A stretch of 64,000 nucleotides of DNA from Octopus sinensis (GCF_006345805.1 NC_043004.1:27838001-27902000); one strand, 5' to 3'. Positions 36,630 through 49,766 are shown, counted from the first letter of the stretch. Numbers and translations are program-made. Notes: generated from the letters alone by a model not told the origin.

Positions 36630-37910
36630 ATTGTTCTGTTTTATTTCAAGATTTCTTGCCACTAGAGAAAGAGCTGGTTTCTAACCTAGATCAAAGCTCC
36701 TTCATTGGAATTTCAACAACATTTGTTTTTATGTATATATGTATGTATGTATGTAAGTATGTATGTATGTATGTATGTATGTATGTATATATGTTTTATG
36801 CATGCATTCTCATGCATATACTTGCATATCTAGACATGCTCATATATATCTAAATGATAAACTTCTGGAAGTATTACAGACTTTTACAGTTCCAGTGATA
36901 GATTAGTCTTCGAATTAGCTTTCTCCTTTCTGGTCCTGAAAAGCCCAATTCCACAAGATTGGTATTTAGGCAGTGTGTTACATATCTCAAGGTCCCAATA
37001 ATTACAGGTTTAAACCTGAACTTGTAATCTGGATAGAGTAATTGCAGATTTCTCAATAATTCAGCATAGGTGTCCTCTTTTTCACTGATCTTCAGCTTTT
37101 TGTTAACATCCACTGGGCAGCTAATTTCCACAACTGTGCACAGTTTCGCTTCTCAATACCAAATCATTATATCAGGTCTGTTGGGCTTATATTTTATTGA
37201 GGTCTTCATTGGTACATTCCACCAGTATTCCTTTTTATCATGAGCGGCTATGGCTTCTACCATATTGTGGGTTCTTATTTCTTTGCCCTCGGCATTATCA
37301 TAACGGAGCTTTCTAGTAACATATCCATGCATAGTCTTCTGCTCATAACGGCTCATCCTTTCATCTGAAGATATGTTGCGGTAGAGTCGTGCGACTTCTT
37401 TGGGCATGCATTCTAGGTTATCAGAAAAAGATTGTTGCTCAAATAGCTGTCTTCCAAGTCTTATGATGTTATCAGCTTCATGTGTGGCAAACTTGGTCAA
37501 GGGATGCACTTTGACACTTGATGGTTAAAAGATGTTATCGAAGGGATATGATGCGACATTCAAAGACATTTTGGATTGATGTTAAGCGTCTTCCACCTTG
37601 GTTTCGTTTTAGGTGGAGGCGGTCTACGTCACTGTTTATGTGGAAATTATGTATGCTTGTTAGTATTTTTCGGGTTTTCACATCAATGGCTCTGATCTCA
37701 TCAATCAAGCATCCCAAATGTTGGTATGAGTACTGGCACTGCAGACACATTGTGGGACACTGTTTTATTGAATGCAGAGAGTTCTGAGGTCCAACTTTTC
37801 TTTATTTGGCTATAATATTCTTTAGTAACACGTGTTTTGTTACAGGTGCCATTGTGAGATATATTTTCATCCACTCCTAGATACCTGTAACATTCCTCAG
37901 TTAAATCATT
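36630..37910 (-). mobile_element. R4/Dong-like LINE, 5'-truncated and internally deleted, with restriction-like endonuclease
   Basis: NSDVDRLHLKRNQGG; MHGY; NRPDIMIW...EISCP (PD..D/E motif); LQLLYPDYKFRF.PVIIG; 3' UTR ends at the (TACA)n tract 36530-36628. Confidence 0.9.
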
Positions 37911-37919
37911 AAGGGAGAT

Positions 37920-38212
37920 GTGTGTATGTATGTATATGTGCAGGTTTGTATGTTTTATTTTATGTATGGATTCTCATGATTATATTTGCATATCTAGACA
38001 TGCTCATATATATATATTTAAATGATAAACTTCTGGAGAGTTTTACAGACTTTTGTAGTTCCAGTAATGGATTGGATCTTTATTCTTCGAATTAGCTTCC
38101 TCTTTTCTAGTTTTGAGAAGCCTAATTTCTCAAGATTGGTATTTAGGCAGTGTGTTGCATATCCCAATGCCCCAATAATTACAGGTATAAACCTGAACTT
38201 GTAATCTGAACA
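37920..38212 (-). mobile_element. Second 3'-end copy of the same RLE LINE, in tandem
   Basis: DYKFRFIPVIIGALGYATHCLNTNLEKLGF; shares tgcatatctagacatgctcatatat..aaatgataaacttctgga with 36823-36870. Confidence 0.9.
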
Positions 38213-38213
38213 C

Positions 38214-38275
<62 letters not shown>

Positions 38276-38385
38276 GTGGTGTTTGTGTATTTCAATGTTG
38301 TTAAAAGAGACAAAATTCACATTATCTCTTTGAAAGAACTTATTGAGCATCAAAGGAGGTATGGAGTAAGAAGATTAATTTTCAG

Positions 38386-38760
38386 TGGGATTAGCAACAT
38401 TAATTCAACTGTAGGAATTAACAACAATATTTGTAATGTAGGCTTAACAATATTATTTCACTTGTAATAACTAACATTATTTCTACTGCAGGATTAAACA
38501 CATTATATCTACCGTGAAAGCAAGAATATTATATCTGCTGCGGGATTAACAACATTATTTCCACCGTGGTATTAACATTATTTCCATTGTGGTACTGACA
38601 ATATTATTTCTAATTACTATTTCTACTGCGAAATTAACAACATTATTAAGATTGTGGGATTAACATTATTTTTACTGTGAAATTAACAACATTGTTAGTA
38701 TGGAGGGATTAACATCATTTCTGCTGTGATATTAACGACGCTGTTTCTGATGTGTTGTGT
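38386..38760. repeat. Degenerate minisatellite of 26/23-bp units (ggattaacaacattatttctactgtg)
   Basis: About 15 units counted by eye; the distal units alternate 26 and 23 bp. Confidence 0.8.
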
Positions 38761-39076
38761 ACAACGTCATTCAATAAACTCGATGAAATTTCGTTTATCT
38801 TTTTATTGATAAAAGGACAGTGGTAAATTATCCAGTCACTGATGTCTGTCCTTATTGCAATTTTTTACATCATTATCGCTTTGTCTCACAGACATTTTCC
38901 ATTAACCTTCCACGTCTATTCCATTTTCTTCACATCCGTTTGTTATAGCTCAGTCTATACAGGCGCCATCTTCCTTTCCCGTATACTGCTTTAAATCTTT
39001 TTATTTGTTTATTTTCCACGTTTAAGTATTTCTCCTCGCTGACTTTGGTTTCTTTGTATTCATAGTTTCATGCATA

Positions 39077-39124
<48 letters not shown>

Positions 39125-39699
39125 GCTCGCTCTTGTCATAGGAGAGTGACTGATTAAACAAAGCTTTCGTATCCTCCCTCTTCCGTGGCGACATTTTTGG
39201 ACAAGAAAAATCATTCTTGCATGAGCAGTAAAGCTGGGTGATGCATGAATAAGTCATTAATCTTAGAGTTTTCCTCGTGGGACTTTTTACAGCCTTTGAC
39301 GTCAATTCTTGTTTACAGTTCTTTCACTTGTAGTTTTTTTTTCTTCTTTCCTGGGCTAACCCGCTTCCTTTTCCAACTCCTCCGCTTCCTATTCCTCTTA
39401 TTCCCCTCCTCTTCTTCCTCCCCCACTTCTTCTTCACCACCACCGCCTTCACTAACAACAACAAAAATGCCCCCACCCTTACCACTTTCTTTTCCACCGT
39501 TACTATTTCTTCACCACCACCACCACCACCACCACCACCACCACCACCACCACCACCACCACCATCACCACCACCACCACCATCACCACCACCACTCACC
39601 ATTAACGCTACCATCATTATTATTATCATCACTACGACCACTATTTCTCACCACTACCACTTCCCTATTCGTTTCTACTCTAGGCACAAGGCTCGAAAT

Positions 39700-39885
39700 T
39701 TTGAGGGAGGGGGGCAGTTGATTAGATCGACCTCGGTAAGCAACTGGTACTTACTTTATCGACCCCGAATGGATGCAAAGTAAAGTCGACCTCGGCGGAA
39801 TTTGAACTCAGAACGTAAAGACAGACCAAATACCTCTAAGCATTTCACCCGGCGTACTAACGTTTCTGCCAGCTCACCACCTTAC
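39700..39885 (-). mobile_element. SINE family B
   Basis: gtcgacctcggcggaatttgaactcagaacgt...ttctgccagctcacc. Confidence 0.85.
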
Positions 39886-40043
39886 TACCACTCCCCTGTT
39901 ACCACAACCACTACCATCTCCACATCAGCCACTACCTCCAGCACCAAAATTTCCACCACCACAAATTCTACTGTCAGCAACAATACCTCTACTACAATTA
40001 CTACCAACATCACCACCTGCTTCATCAGTTCTACAATAGCACC

Positions 40044-40078
<35 letters not shown>

Positions 40079-40193
40079 TAATATTGTCATCCTATATCAA
40101 CATTACAGCCAACACCACCATAACCCCCCTATCACCACTTCTACAACTACCTTATCTTCCACAATCACTACCACTATATATTACCAAGGTTAA

Positions 40194-40590
40194 GGCGGCG
40201 AGCTGGCAGAAACGTTCGCACGCCGGGCGAAATGTTTTGTGGTATTTCGTCCGCCGCTACGTTCTGAGTTCAAATTCCGTCGAGGTCGACTTTGCCTTTC
40301 ATCCTTACGGGGTCGATAAATTAAGTACCAGTTACGTACTGGGGTCGATATAACCGACTTAATCCGTTTGTCTGTCCTTGTTTGTCTCCTCTATGTTTAG
40401 CCCCTTGTGGGTAGTAAAGAAATAGGTATTTCGTCTGTCTTTATGTTCTGAGTTTAAATTCCGATGAGGTCGACTTTGCCTTTCATCCTTTCGGAGTCGA
40501 TAAATTAAGTAACAGCTGCGTACTGGGGTCGATCTAATCGACTGGCCTCTTCCCTAAAAATTTCCGGCCTTGTGCCTAGAGCAGAAGAGT
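40194..40590 (+). mobile_element. SINE family B, internally dimeric form
   Basis: ggcggcgagctggcagaaacg...; the ttctgagtt.aaattccg core occurs twice. Confidence 0.9.
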
Positions 40591-41229
40591 ATATATATTA
40601 CGAACGTTACTCTCACACTAATACCACCACGATCACCATCACCACCACGACCACCACCATCACCATCATCCCATTACCAAAATTTTATTTTTTTATTTTT
40701 TTCCGCACCATACAAATCTATTATACTATACATTGCTATACTATACTAAATAACATTACATCACACTACGATTTATCAGGTTACGTTACATACATCGAAG
40801 CGACGGTAGAGCCTATGCGTAATTGTTCCACTTGTTGGAAATAGCTGCCAAATATTCTCAAATCTCAACCTGCACCATAAACTAAGAAACGACGTATTAA
40901 ACAATGTAGTTCTGCATAGGCAAAGAAGACATGATGGTCCCAGGTAGAATATTTTGATCATTGCTACGCTTGATCAGAACTGTCAAAGGGTTAAACACCA
41001 ATAATTTGCAATACACTGCAATAAACCACGTTACAAGGTATAGAAGCACTGTGCAAAAAGATGGCCGCTTACAGAATGGTGGGAGGAAGGAAAGAAAGAA
41101 GGAAAGACGGCTATTATAAGACTTGAGACTAGTTTGCTATGGAGGATGTGTCTGAAAAAAGGGACACCCATTTTGTCAAACACCGAACAAGAAGAAACTC
41201 TTGAAAGAATTACCAACATTTACCCACAT

Positions 41230-41630
41230 GACGTTGGTCGGCATGAGACTTTGGTTGAAGGAAATTTCTTTCCTAAATTACCTAGTGTATGTCCATCACA
41301 GTCGTAAGGTATGCCCGAACCAACGTCACGATATAAGCAAATATCGTGGGTTAGAAACTTAGATCTCAAAGTATATAATATATACAGACCCACAAGATCA
41401 CAGATATTTGCACTGTCATATAATTCCATCGGTAACTCAGACAACTAATCTGTTTCGGGTTTTTTTAACCCATGCACAGCCCTTACTGGATAGGAAGGTT
41501 TTTGGCACATGCAGGATTAAGTACAGGTCTATATGGCCAATATTGACAATCTTTTTGCGAACTCAATCGCTTTATCCAGCAATGATCAAGATATCGAAGA
41601 ATGAAAATCCACGATATCAAACAGTATAAA
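41230..41630 (-). mobile_element. Decayed Penelope-like element reverse transcriptase fragment
   Basis: LPMELYDSANICDLVGLYILYTL...DICLYRDVG parallels the PLE RT motifs MGS.DGAE.C.LVGL.IL and GLYRDDG; the catalytic YRDD reads YRDV. Confidence 0.65.
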
Positions 41631-41692
41631 TCTAGTTCTATGCTGTATGTATATACATATATACGTATATACGTATATGCGTGTCTATGTGA

Positions 41693-41925
41693 AGGCGGCG
41701 AGCTGGCAGAAACGTTAGCACGCCGGGCGAAATGCGTAGCCGTATTTCGTCTGCCGTTACGTTCTGAGTTCAAATTCCGCCGAGGTTGACTTTGCCTTTC
41801 ATCCTTTCGGGGTCGATTAAATAACTACCTGTTACGCACTGGGGTCGATGTAATCGACTTAATCCATTTATCTGTCCTTGTTTGTCCTCTCTGTGTTTAG
41901 CCCCTTGTGGGTAGTAAAGAATTGT
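41693..41925 (+). mobile_element. SINE family B
   Basis: Well-conserved monomer ending gtgggtagtaaagaa. Confidence 0.92.
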
Positions 41926-42681
41926 ACGTGTGTCTATGTGCACGTGCGTATGGATGTGTGCTTGAGAAAGGAGGACCATGCGTTATATGCGCACCTACGG
42001 TTTTCCTTAAATTATCATGATCAAGCCATGTTACGACAATATAGTTCCAATTCCGACAGAAACACAAGACACCAATTTCGATAATAAAATTTTTGATATA
42101 AAAAATATATACTAATCTACCAATTAAAAAAATCTTATGTGATTCTGCATATCTCCAAAGACGAATGAATAATCTGCATATATTTTACAACCAGATGCAT
42201 TTGAATTTACTCTTTCTCTCTCTCTCTCTCTCACACACACACACGCACACATGCACACACACACATACGCATACATACATTCACACATATAAATCCCATG
42301 TGCCAGTAGTCTGTACAGATTTAAATGTCGACATATCTATTCGCATGTCTCAATGCTGTTTACTCAAAGTATATTAAAAACATATCAATGACAAAATAAT
42401 CGATCACAAGTGAACAAACAGGTGCTTGCCGTCCCATTGGTGAAAATGGAGGAAAAGAAGGAGAGAGAGAGAGAGAGAGTGAGAGAGAGAGAGAGAGAGC
42501 GGGATACACACACACACGCATACACATGCAGTAGGGTGGGGCAGAAAGAGAGAGAAGGAGAGTTTTTATTGAGATTTTAAAGCAATGCAAACAATGATTT
42601 GTTTTCGTTCGTCTGTAGGCAAATAGAGAGGATGAGAGGATGATATATAGCGACAACATTAGCTTATGCATACTGAAATAC

Positions 42682-42719
<38 letters not shown>

Positions 42720-42773
42720 CCTCTGGCCGACCAAATCCTTGTGAGTGGATTTAAATTGAAAGAAGCCGTCGTT

Positions 42774-42847
<74 letters not shown>

Positions 42848-43085
42848 CGTGTGCGTGCGTGTGTGCGTGCATGTGTGTGTGTGTGTGTGTGTGTGCGTGT
42901 GTGTTGTGTGTTTGTGTGTCTGTGTTTTTCCTCGACCATCGCTTGACAACCGATGCTGATGTGTTTACGTTCACGTCAGCAAGCGGTACGGCAAAAAGAC
43001 CGATAAAATGAGTACTAGGCTTACAAAGAATAAGTCACGAGGCTGCAGTCAAATGACTGAAACAAGTAAAAGAATACAAGAATAA
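42720..43085 (+). mobile_element. SINE family A, 5'-truncated
   Basis: ggccgaccaaatccttgtgagtggattt...atgactgaaacaagtaaaagaata. Confidence 0.85.
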
Positions 43086-43269
43086 TGTATATACACATAT
43101 ATGTATACATACATACATATGTATATATATATATATATATATAATACCTTATGGTATTTGCAAAGGAAGGGGGGGGTCATCCCTCTCTTGTAAACCTAAA
43201 TGATACGCACGGACTGCATAATAATAGAGTTTTGAACTTAAAATCAGTGAATCTTGAAGCACCTCAGGT

Positions 43270-44470
43270 TAAACAATGAATAAATTGTTGCTGCTTCAAA
43301 GTCGCGAGCATGCAGCATAGTGTTGGCTATGGGAGAAGCAAGTGGCAGAGGGATCGAGTGCAAATACCTCGAGGGATTGAACCTGAGATTTGTTAAATGA
43401 AATAGCAAAACTTAGTTTGGCTGGAAACTGAAGCGTCTTAAATTCGAATGGAACATCTGTGGGTATGAGAGGAATTTTTGGAATGAAGACATTTTCTCCT
43501 TTGTGGCTACTTGTTATGATTGTTGTCAGCAGGACATGGGGTTTCATGGAAGTAACAATAAAGCGAGTTCCATTACACAGGTGAGATGGGGGTCAAGATT
43601 CCTAAGCAACATAATGGGGGGCCCCCAGTTTTAGTGTCAAGTTATGCGGTGGCATCACAGAGTGTTTAAGTGTGTTCAGAAATTCAACAGGGTATTGAAC
43701 AACCTGATCTTGATCAAGTCTTGTCAATTGATCGAATAGTCACTTTTGATGTATCTGTTAACTTTTGAAGAAGTTCATGATTAAGTCTATCAACCACTTC
43801 ATTAGTTGGAGCCAGAATAGCTCTTTTATGTAGCCAGTTTACATCTGTGTAATTAACAGATAAATTAGGAAACACTTTATCAATAAAATCCCAAAGAGAA
43901 AACATCGTTTGATCGCATGTAATTTCATGTAGCTGAAGTCTCGAGTTGGATGTTAATATCTCATTACTATTCTTAAGAAGGTCGTATGATCACTTTGTAG
44001 AAGTACTCACATGTTACTTGTAAGATGAAGTTTTTCACATGTTTCCAAAGGCACAATTTTTTGAAGCATGCATTGACCTCATCAGCTTTTGATCCTTTGG
44101 GGATAACTGGCAACGTTTGACGAAAATCTCCTGCAAAATGAAGTTATTTCTCCTGGGAGCGTGTTATTGTTTTTTTTTATGTCTTAGAGGGTACGGTCAA
44201 GTACCTCTGGTGATCCACGATATAACACAGTGCACTCATCACAAACAATGGGGCAAGTTTTTTGGAGAAATGTTGCCATTGCAGAGGTTTTGGAAATGTT
44301 GCACATTTGAGATTCTTTCATTGCAAGGTTTAAAGGGAGCTTGAACATGGAATGAACAGTTCTTTCTCCATTGAGGAGGGTAGCTACAATACTAGAAGAT
44401 GCAATTACAAGTGTAATAGGTACAAAAAATGTGCAGTAAACGAATATGAAAACCAAAATTTGCTCAAACG
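43270..44470 (-). mobile_element. Helitron RepHel PIF1-type helicase, fragmented
   Basis: ATLLNGERTVHSMFKLPL; KRAILAPTNEVV; GENVFIPKIPLIPTDVPFEFKTLQFPAKLSFAISFNKSQVQSL...FSHSQHYAACSR are recognisable PIF1 motifs. Confidence 0.92.
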
Positions 44471-45299
44471 AACCGGGTGTAGAGACAGGACTTTCGGAAA
44501 ATTCACATGATTCGATTTTTTCCCTCATAACTTTCAGGAAAATGAAATTTTATACAAATACCTTTCAAACAGAATAGATTACAATTATAAAGAAATTTGT
44601 GGGGAGACTTTTTCCGAAGGGGTGGGGAAAGGAATTGGGGAAAATTCACACTATCTGATTTTTACTCTCATAACTTCCAGGAAAATGGGTATCTTTTAAT
44701 GAAAGTTTATACAAATACCCTTCAAACGGCATAAATTACGATTATAAAGAAATTTTTGAGAGGAAAATGTTTCAGGGGGTGAGGTTTCGGATCAGGAAGA
44801 CCACATATGCTCATTTTTTACTCCCCCTCCCTCCGGACCGATTTTGGTCAATTTTTTGTATTTAAAACTAGGGGAGATGCCTTGACTGTCGCTTCCAGCA
44901 CATCCCAAGACAACCCTCTTCGTTTCTTTCTCACTCTCGCATGTATTGATGTTTTTCAATATTTTTCTCCCCATAAACACATTTATGATATAAAAAAAAA
45001 AAAAATTGAAAATTTATGATTTATTTTCAATCTCATTCCCCGCCCCTGATTGTTTCTGTTTATAATTTAAAATATTGGAGAGCCTGAGGTCATTTCTGGC
45101 ATTTATCCACAATGATTTTTTAAAAATAGGTATGTGAAAAATAATTAAATTTTAATAGCATACTTTTCTGCTAGAAAATGTATTTTTTTCTTACACACAC
45201 ATGGCCACGCTTAATTAAGGCGGGAGTAAAAATTTAAATTGCCATTTTATTGTTGATGCTTATATCCCAGCAATAGACCACGAGTGTGGTCCATTGGTG

Positions 45300-45499
45300 G
45301 TATCTTCATTAAGGGGAGAGGAGACCGCTCTCTTGGGGACGGCTGGGATTTTGAGATTAGTGCTTAGGTGTTGCATGTCTTCCACGATATGTTTACATCC
45401 AAGAATAAAAGCTTATGGTGTGAGACCGCTGACAATAAGTTGCTGTCCGCTCTCACAAAATCAACCAGAGCAAATAAGATCGAGAGTTCTGAGAAGTAA

Positions 45500-45559
<60 letters not shown>

Positions 45560-45600
45560 AATGATAATAATAATAATAATAACAAAAACAACAACAACAA
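45300..45600 (+). mobile_element. Dong/R4-type LINE extreme 3' end with (TAA)n tail
   Basis: ETALLGTAGILRLVL (45321-45365) matches the ..ALLGTA.ILR.VL C-terminus of R4/Dong ORFs; (AAT)n follows from 45498. Confidence 0.7.
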
Positions 45601-45858
45601 TAATCCTTTCCATTATAGAGACTCATTCCCTCACCCACCCCAAATTTGAGGTGAGGTAGAGGAGTGAGGTAAGTTGACTACATCGACCCCCCCCCAGTAC
45701 TGAACTTATCGATCCTGAAATGGCTACTTATTTCTAGAAGGTTATGTTTTTGCGCGTTTAAGTCTTGCATAATATCATATCTTTAACATGCACAGGTATA
45801 TATACATGAACAGTCACGCGCGCGAGCACACATTCAGATACACATACACACACACTCA

Positions 45859-45913
<55 letters not shown>

Positions 45914-46027
45914 TACACACACACACATTTACACATTCAGAATCACACACTATACAATCTTGTGATATTAAATGGAGAACATGGCTTTCACCTTATCTTC
46001 AAAATATTCGTTCAAAAATAATAATAA

Positions 46028-46072
<45 letters not shown>

Positions 46073-46083
46073 TAATAATAATA

Positions 46084-46142
<59 letters not shown>

Positions 46143-46180
46143 TAATAATAATAATAATAATAATAATATAATAATAATAA

Positions 46181-46328
46181 CTAGGCACTGCACACATCCT
46201 ACGCAGAACACTTTCCATACAATAACCATCAGAGCATCACAACAAATCACAGCACATACCGAAGGCACACAGAGCTGCGCTCGGTAGTGAAGTGAAAGCA
46301 CGCTATAAAAATAAAAATAAAACTACTG
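46181..46328 (+). mobile_element. Different Dong/R4-type 3' end embedded in (AAT)n on both sides
   Basis: LGTAHILRRTLSIQ* at 46181, short 3' UTR; (AAT)n at ~46020-46180 and ~46329-46425. Confidence 0.75.
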
Positions 46329-46350
46329 AATAATAATAATAAAAATAATG

Positions 46351-46405
<55 letters not shown>

Positions 46406-46553
46406 TAATAATAATAATAATAAAATAAGTCATTAAAATTGAATAGACCCATTTATCGTTGTGTTTGATATGTCAGAACGTTTTAGTATCTATTTTTAAA
46501 GTACTTTAAATATAAATTTCACCATTCTGTCTCGGCCAGCGTTAATGATAGTT

Positions 46554-46675
46554 TGACGTCATCTAAACGCGAGTGACGTCATTGACACCGTTTCTAATCA
46601 CTGCAATGTCATCAAAAGCAGGTCAGTGATTTAATTACTGTTCAATCATTTACAGCCATTTTGATATCATCAAAG
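46554..46675. promoter_or_regulatory. Candidate cis-regulatory module: two palindromic CRE sites plus a TCF-type site
   Basis: TGACGTCA at 46554-46561 and 46574-46581; ATCAAAG at 46669-46675; lies in unique sequence. Confidence 0.35.
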
Positions 46676-47866
46676 GAGAGAATCTTGTGTGTGCTTTGTT
46701 GTGCTTAAGCTTGTGGATGTTTTATTTTATTATTTTTTATTTCCTGTTATAAACTCATTTTGTGACGTTGTGTCTCCCCACATCAGAGTCAGCGTAACTG
46801 AAATAACCATTATTTATTTATTTATTCGCGATTATTGCTAGACGAATCGATTAATTGATTGACTGTGTTTGGTCTGTAACCTGAGAAACTATTGAAACTC
46901 TCCACAGGTCAACCACAGTGATTTTTATATGGTCGCTTGATGTGACATAAACGCAGCCAAATTCTTCTTCATATCACATTTTATCATCTTAAGATAGTTT
47001 ACATAATAAGTGCTTAGATACATTACGGTTTGTAAGAATGACAATATTGTCACATCAACATCAACAATATCAACATTATCAACTAGTTAGTTCATCCGTC
47101 GCTGGGGTCGATGTAATCTATTACCCCTCCTCTGAAAATTGCTGGCTTTGTGCCAAAATTAGAAAAGATTATAATTGTTCCTGTTATTGCTTTTAAAGAC
47201 GAATTTTGATTAAAATTCTGTCAATTTTAATCACTGTATATCATATAAAAAAAAATAAAATTCGTAATAGTTTAATACTGTTTTGAGGTGTATTTTAGTT
47301 TGTGATTATGTGATTCTTTACACAATTACGTTTCTTTAGTATTTCTAGTATTAAACCTTTTGGATCAAATCCATGTAAACGTTGCAGTAACGTTATTATT
47401 GTTGTTGTTGCTGTTGAAGATGTTGCCTACAGGAATATAAAGCCAGCACCACCTTCATTCTATTTGCTGTTGTTATTTTGGATCATATCTTACAATGATT
47501 GTTTTACACCAACAAATATACGCCACAAAATCTATTCTTTTTCAGCATTGTAAACTTGCCAACGATTTCATCGGCGATAAATCGGCATATAACAAACGAA
47601 CAAATCTTTGTATATACGTGTGTGTGACGGTGGTGGTGGTGAGTGCTGTGTGAGACTAGGCCAGGCTTGATGGAACAGAGACAAGATCGAAGCCCTGGCT
47701 GAAACTACCCAGTCTCTTCAAGCATAAATAATTTCAGACTACCTTATTCAATATGTCCTGTTTCCTTTTCTGAAAATAAAAGATGGTAGGATGTAGCTTG
47801 AGGTAGATTTGACAGAAGGTTTTAGCAGGTCGAACGACCACGTAGTGACTTTCTCATTGGCTCATG

Positions 47867-47953
<87 letters not shown>

Positions 47954-48309
47954 CGCGCGCGTGCGAGTGAGGATGTGATTGGGTGCATGAGTGTGTGTGT
48001 GTGTGTGAGTGTATGGGTGAAAGTGTGCTTGTATGTGTATGTATGTGAGTACATGAGTGAGTATATGCGTGTGAGCATGTATGTGTGATTTTTGCGAGTG
48101 TGAGTGCACTGGTAAATGTGTGTGTATGTGTATGTGAGAGTGTATCTTTGTATGTATGCATGAGTGAGTGTGTTTATGCGAGCATGTTTCTACGTGTGTG
48201 AGTCCATGTGTGTGATTCCGGATTAAAGTAAGGGATTGGCGAATGACTTTTGGTTGGGTTTTCTTATTAATCGCTGGTAAACATCTGTGATACAAATCTT
48301 TGGTGGCAC

Positions 48310-48950
48310 TAAATTGACGTAACAAATTGGTAGTGCTTATCTCTAATGTGCTACTAATTTGTGGTACTAATCTGTAATATGCATCTACGTCACTAATCTG
48401 AGATAACCATTTGTGTCATTAATCTTTGATACTAACTTATGGCGCTAATCAGTGATGCAAAACGATTGCTAATCTCTACTACTAATCAGTAACAGTGACT
48501 TGTGATAGTAATCTATAATACATCTATAATCTGTGATGTTAATCTGTGTTACTAATCTGTAATACTAATCTATGGTGCTAATCAGTGATATTAAACTCCG
48601 ATACTAATCAAGTTACTACTCTATGTCACTAATAAGTGACACAATTCTGTGATTATAAACTATGATGCCAATCCGTGATACTAGCTTTTGAATCAAATTT
48701 TTGACACCAAATTATGTTTCAAATCTGTGATGCGAATATTTGATACTTATCTGAGATGATAATCTATGTTACTAATGTGATACTAACCCGTGATACTAAT
48801 CTGTGTTACAAATAAATGTATGCTGCTAGTCTGTGTTACTAAACTGTGTTACTAATTTCTGATACAAGTCTATGCCACTGACGTGTTATGCTTGTTTAAA
48901 ATAGGAGTCTTTGAAACTAATCTGTGATGCTAATTTCTGATATTAATACA
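48310..48950. repeat. Degenerate ~13-bp minisatellite (tactaatctgtga)
   Basis: The ctaatctgtg motif recurs with ~13-bp periodicity. Confidence 0.8.
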
Positions 48951-48954
48951 TCAA

Positions 48955-49148
48955 AGGCAGCGAGCCTACAGAATCATTGGTCTGCCGGGCAAAATGCTTT
49001 ACGTTCTGATTTCGAATTCCGCCGAGGTCGACTTTACCTTTCATCCTTTCGGGGTCGATAAAATAAGTACCAGTTAAGCACTGGGGTTAAAATAATCGAC
49101 TTATTCCCTCCCCCGAAATTACTGGCCTTGTACCAAAATTTGAAACCG
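48955..49148 (+). mobile_element. SINE family B
   Basis: aattccgccgaggtcgactttacctttcatcctttcggggtcgat. Confidence 0.85.
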
Positions 49149-49545
49149 TTATTATTGAGTGAGAGAGCAGCACATGTCATCAAAGTGACACTCGGGAAAA
49201 ATATACGAAACTCATCATGACAAACCGTCTGATAAGGGTACATCAGACATATGCATCACAACCATATATACGCGACATGGTGACCTTATATCAAGATAAT
49301 CAGCGCATGACTTTGCAGGTGGGGCCCAGTTAGAATTTTCTTCAGGTCGAGTAGCCCATCCCGCTCAAAAGGTCCCGGAATAAGGTTTGTTTAAGGATGA
49401 TGAATAAAACACCCATGTTTCTAGAGGTGAATTATCCAAACCCCAAAGAATTCCTCTCAACACATGGCTATGATACTCCCCCACTACTTTTGCTCGTGAT
49501 CAGAGATGCACATATCGTCAACCACCAAGGGACATGCGATTCATA
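49149..49545 (-). mobile_element. Retroposon family E, longer copy
   Basis: Colinear with 33620-33760 and extends further 5'. Confidence 0.75.
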
Positions 49546-49766
49546 GGAGGGAAAGAAATCAGTAAAAGATAGAACAAATGAGCCAGGACCAAAGAGAAGT
49601 GTATTTTCAAAATAAGAGAGATAGGGATCAACAGAATCGAGTACACATGAGTCAAGAGCAAAGGCAGCTGTACTTAGAAAATATGAGAAATAGACTTGGT
49701 TCCCTCTCGGCATACCAGCAAACCACAACATCGCACCAGCCAGCATCACCACCACGTCCAAGCCCG

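Noticed and set aside
38386-38760. CRISPR-like array (also the 16-bp and 58-bp repeats)
   Set aside because: Units are contiguous and degenerate with no unique spacers; eukaryotic context, no cas genes.
39245-39721. Poly-His/poly-Pro ORF (and poly-V/T/M/N/I ORFs at 27031, 33697, 45294, 63015)
   Set aside because: Translations of (CAC)n and other triplet microsatellites.
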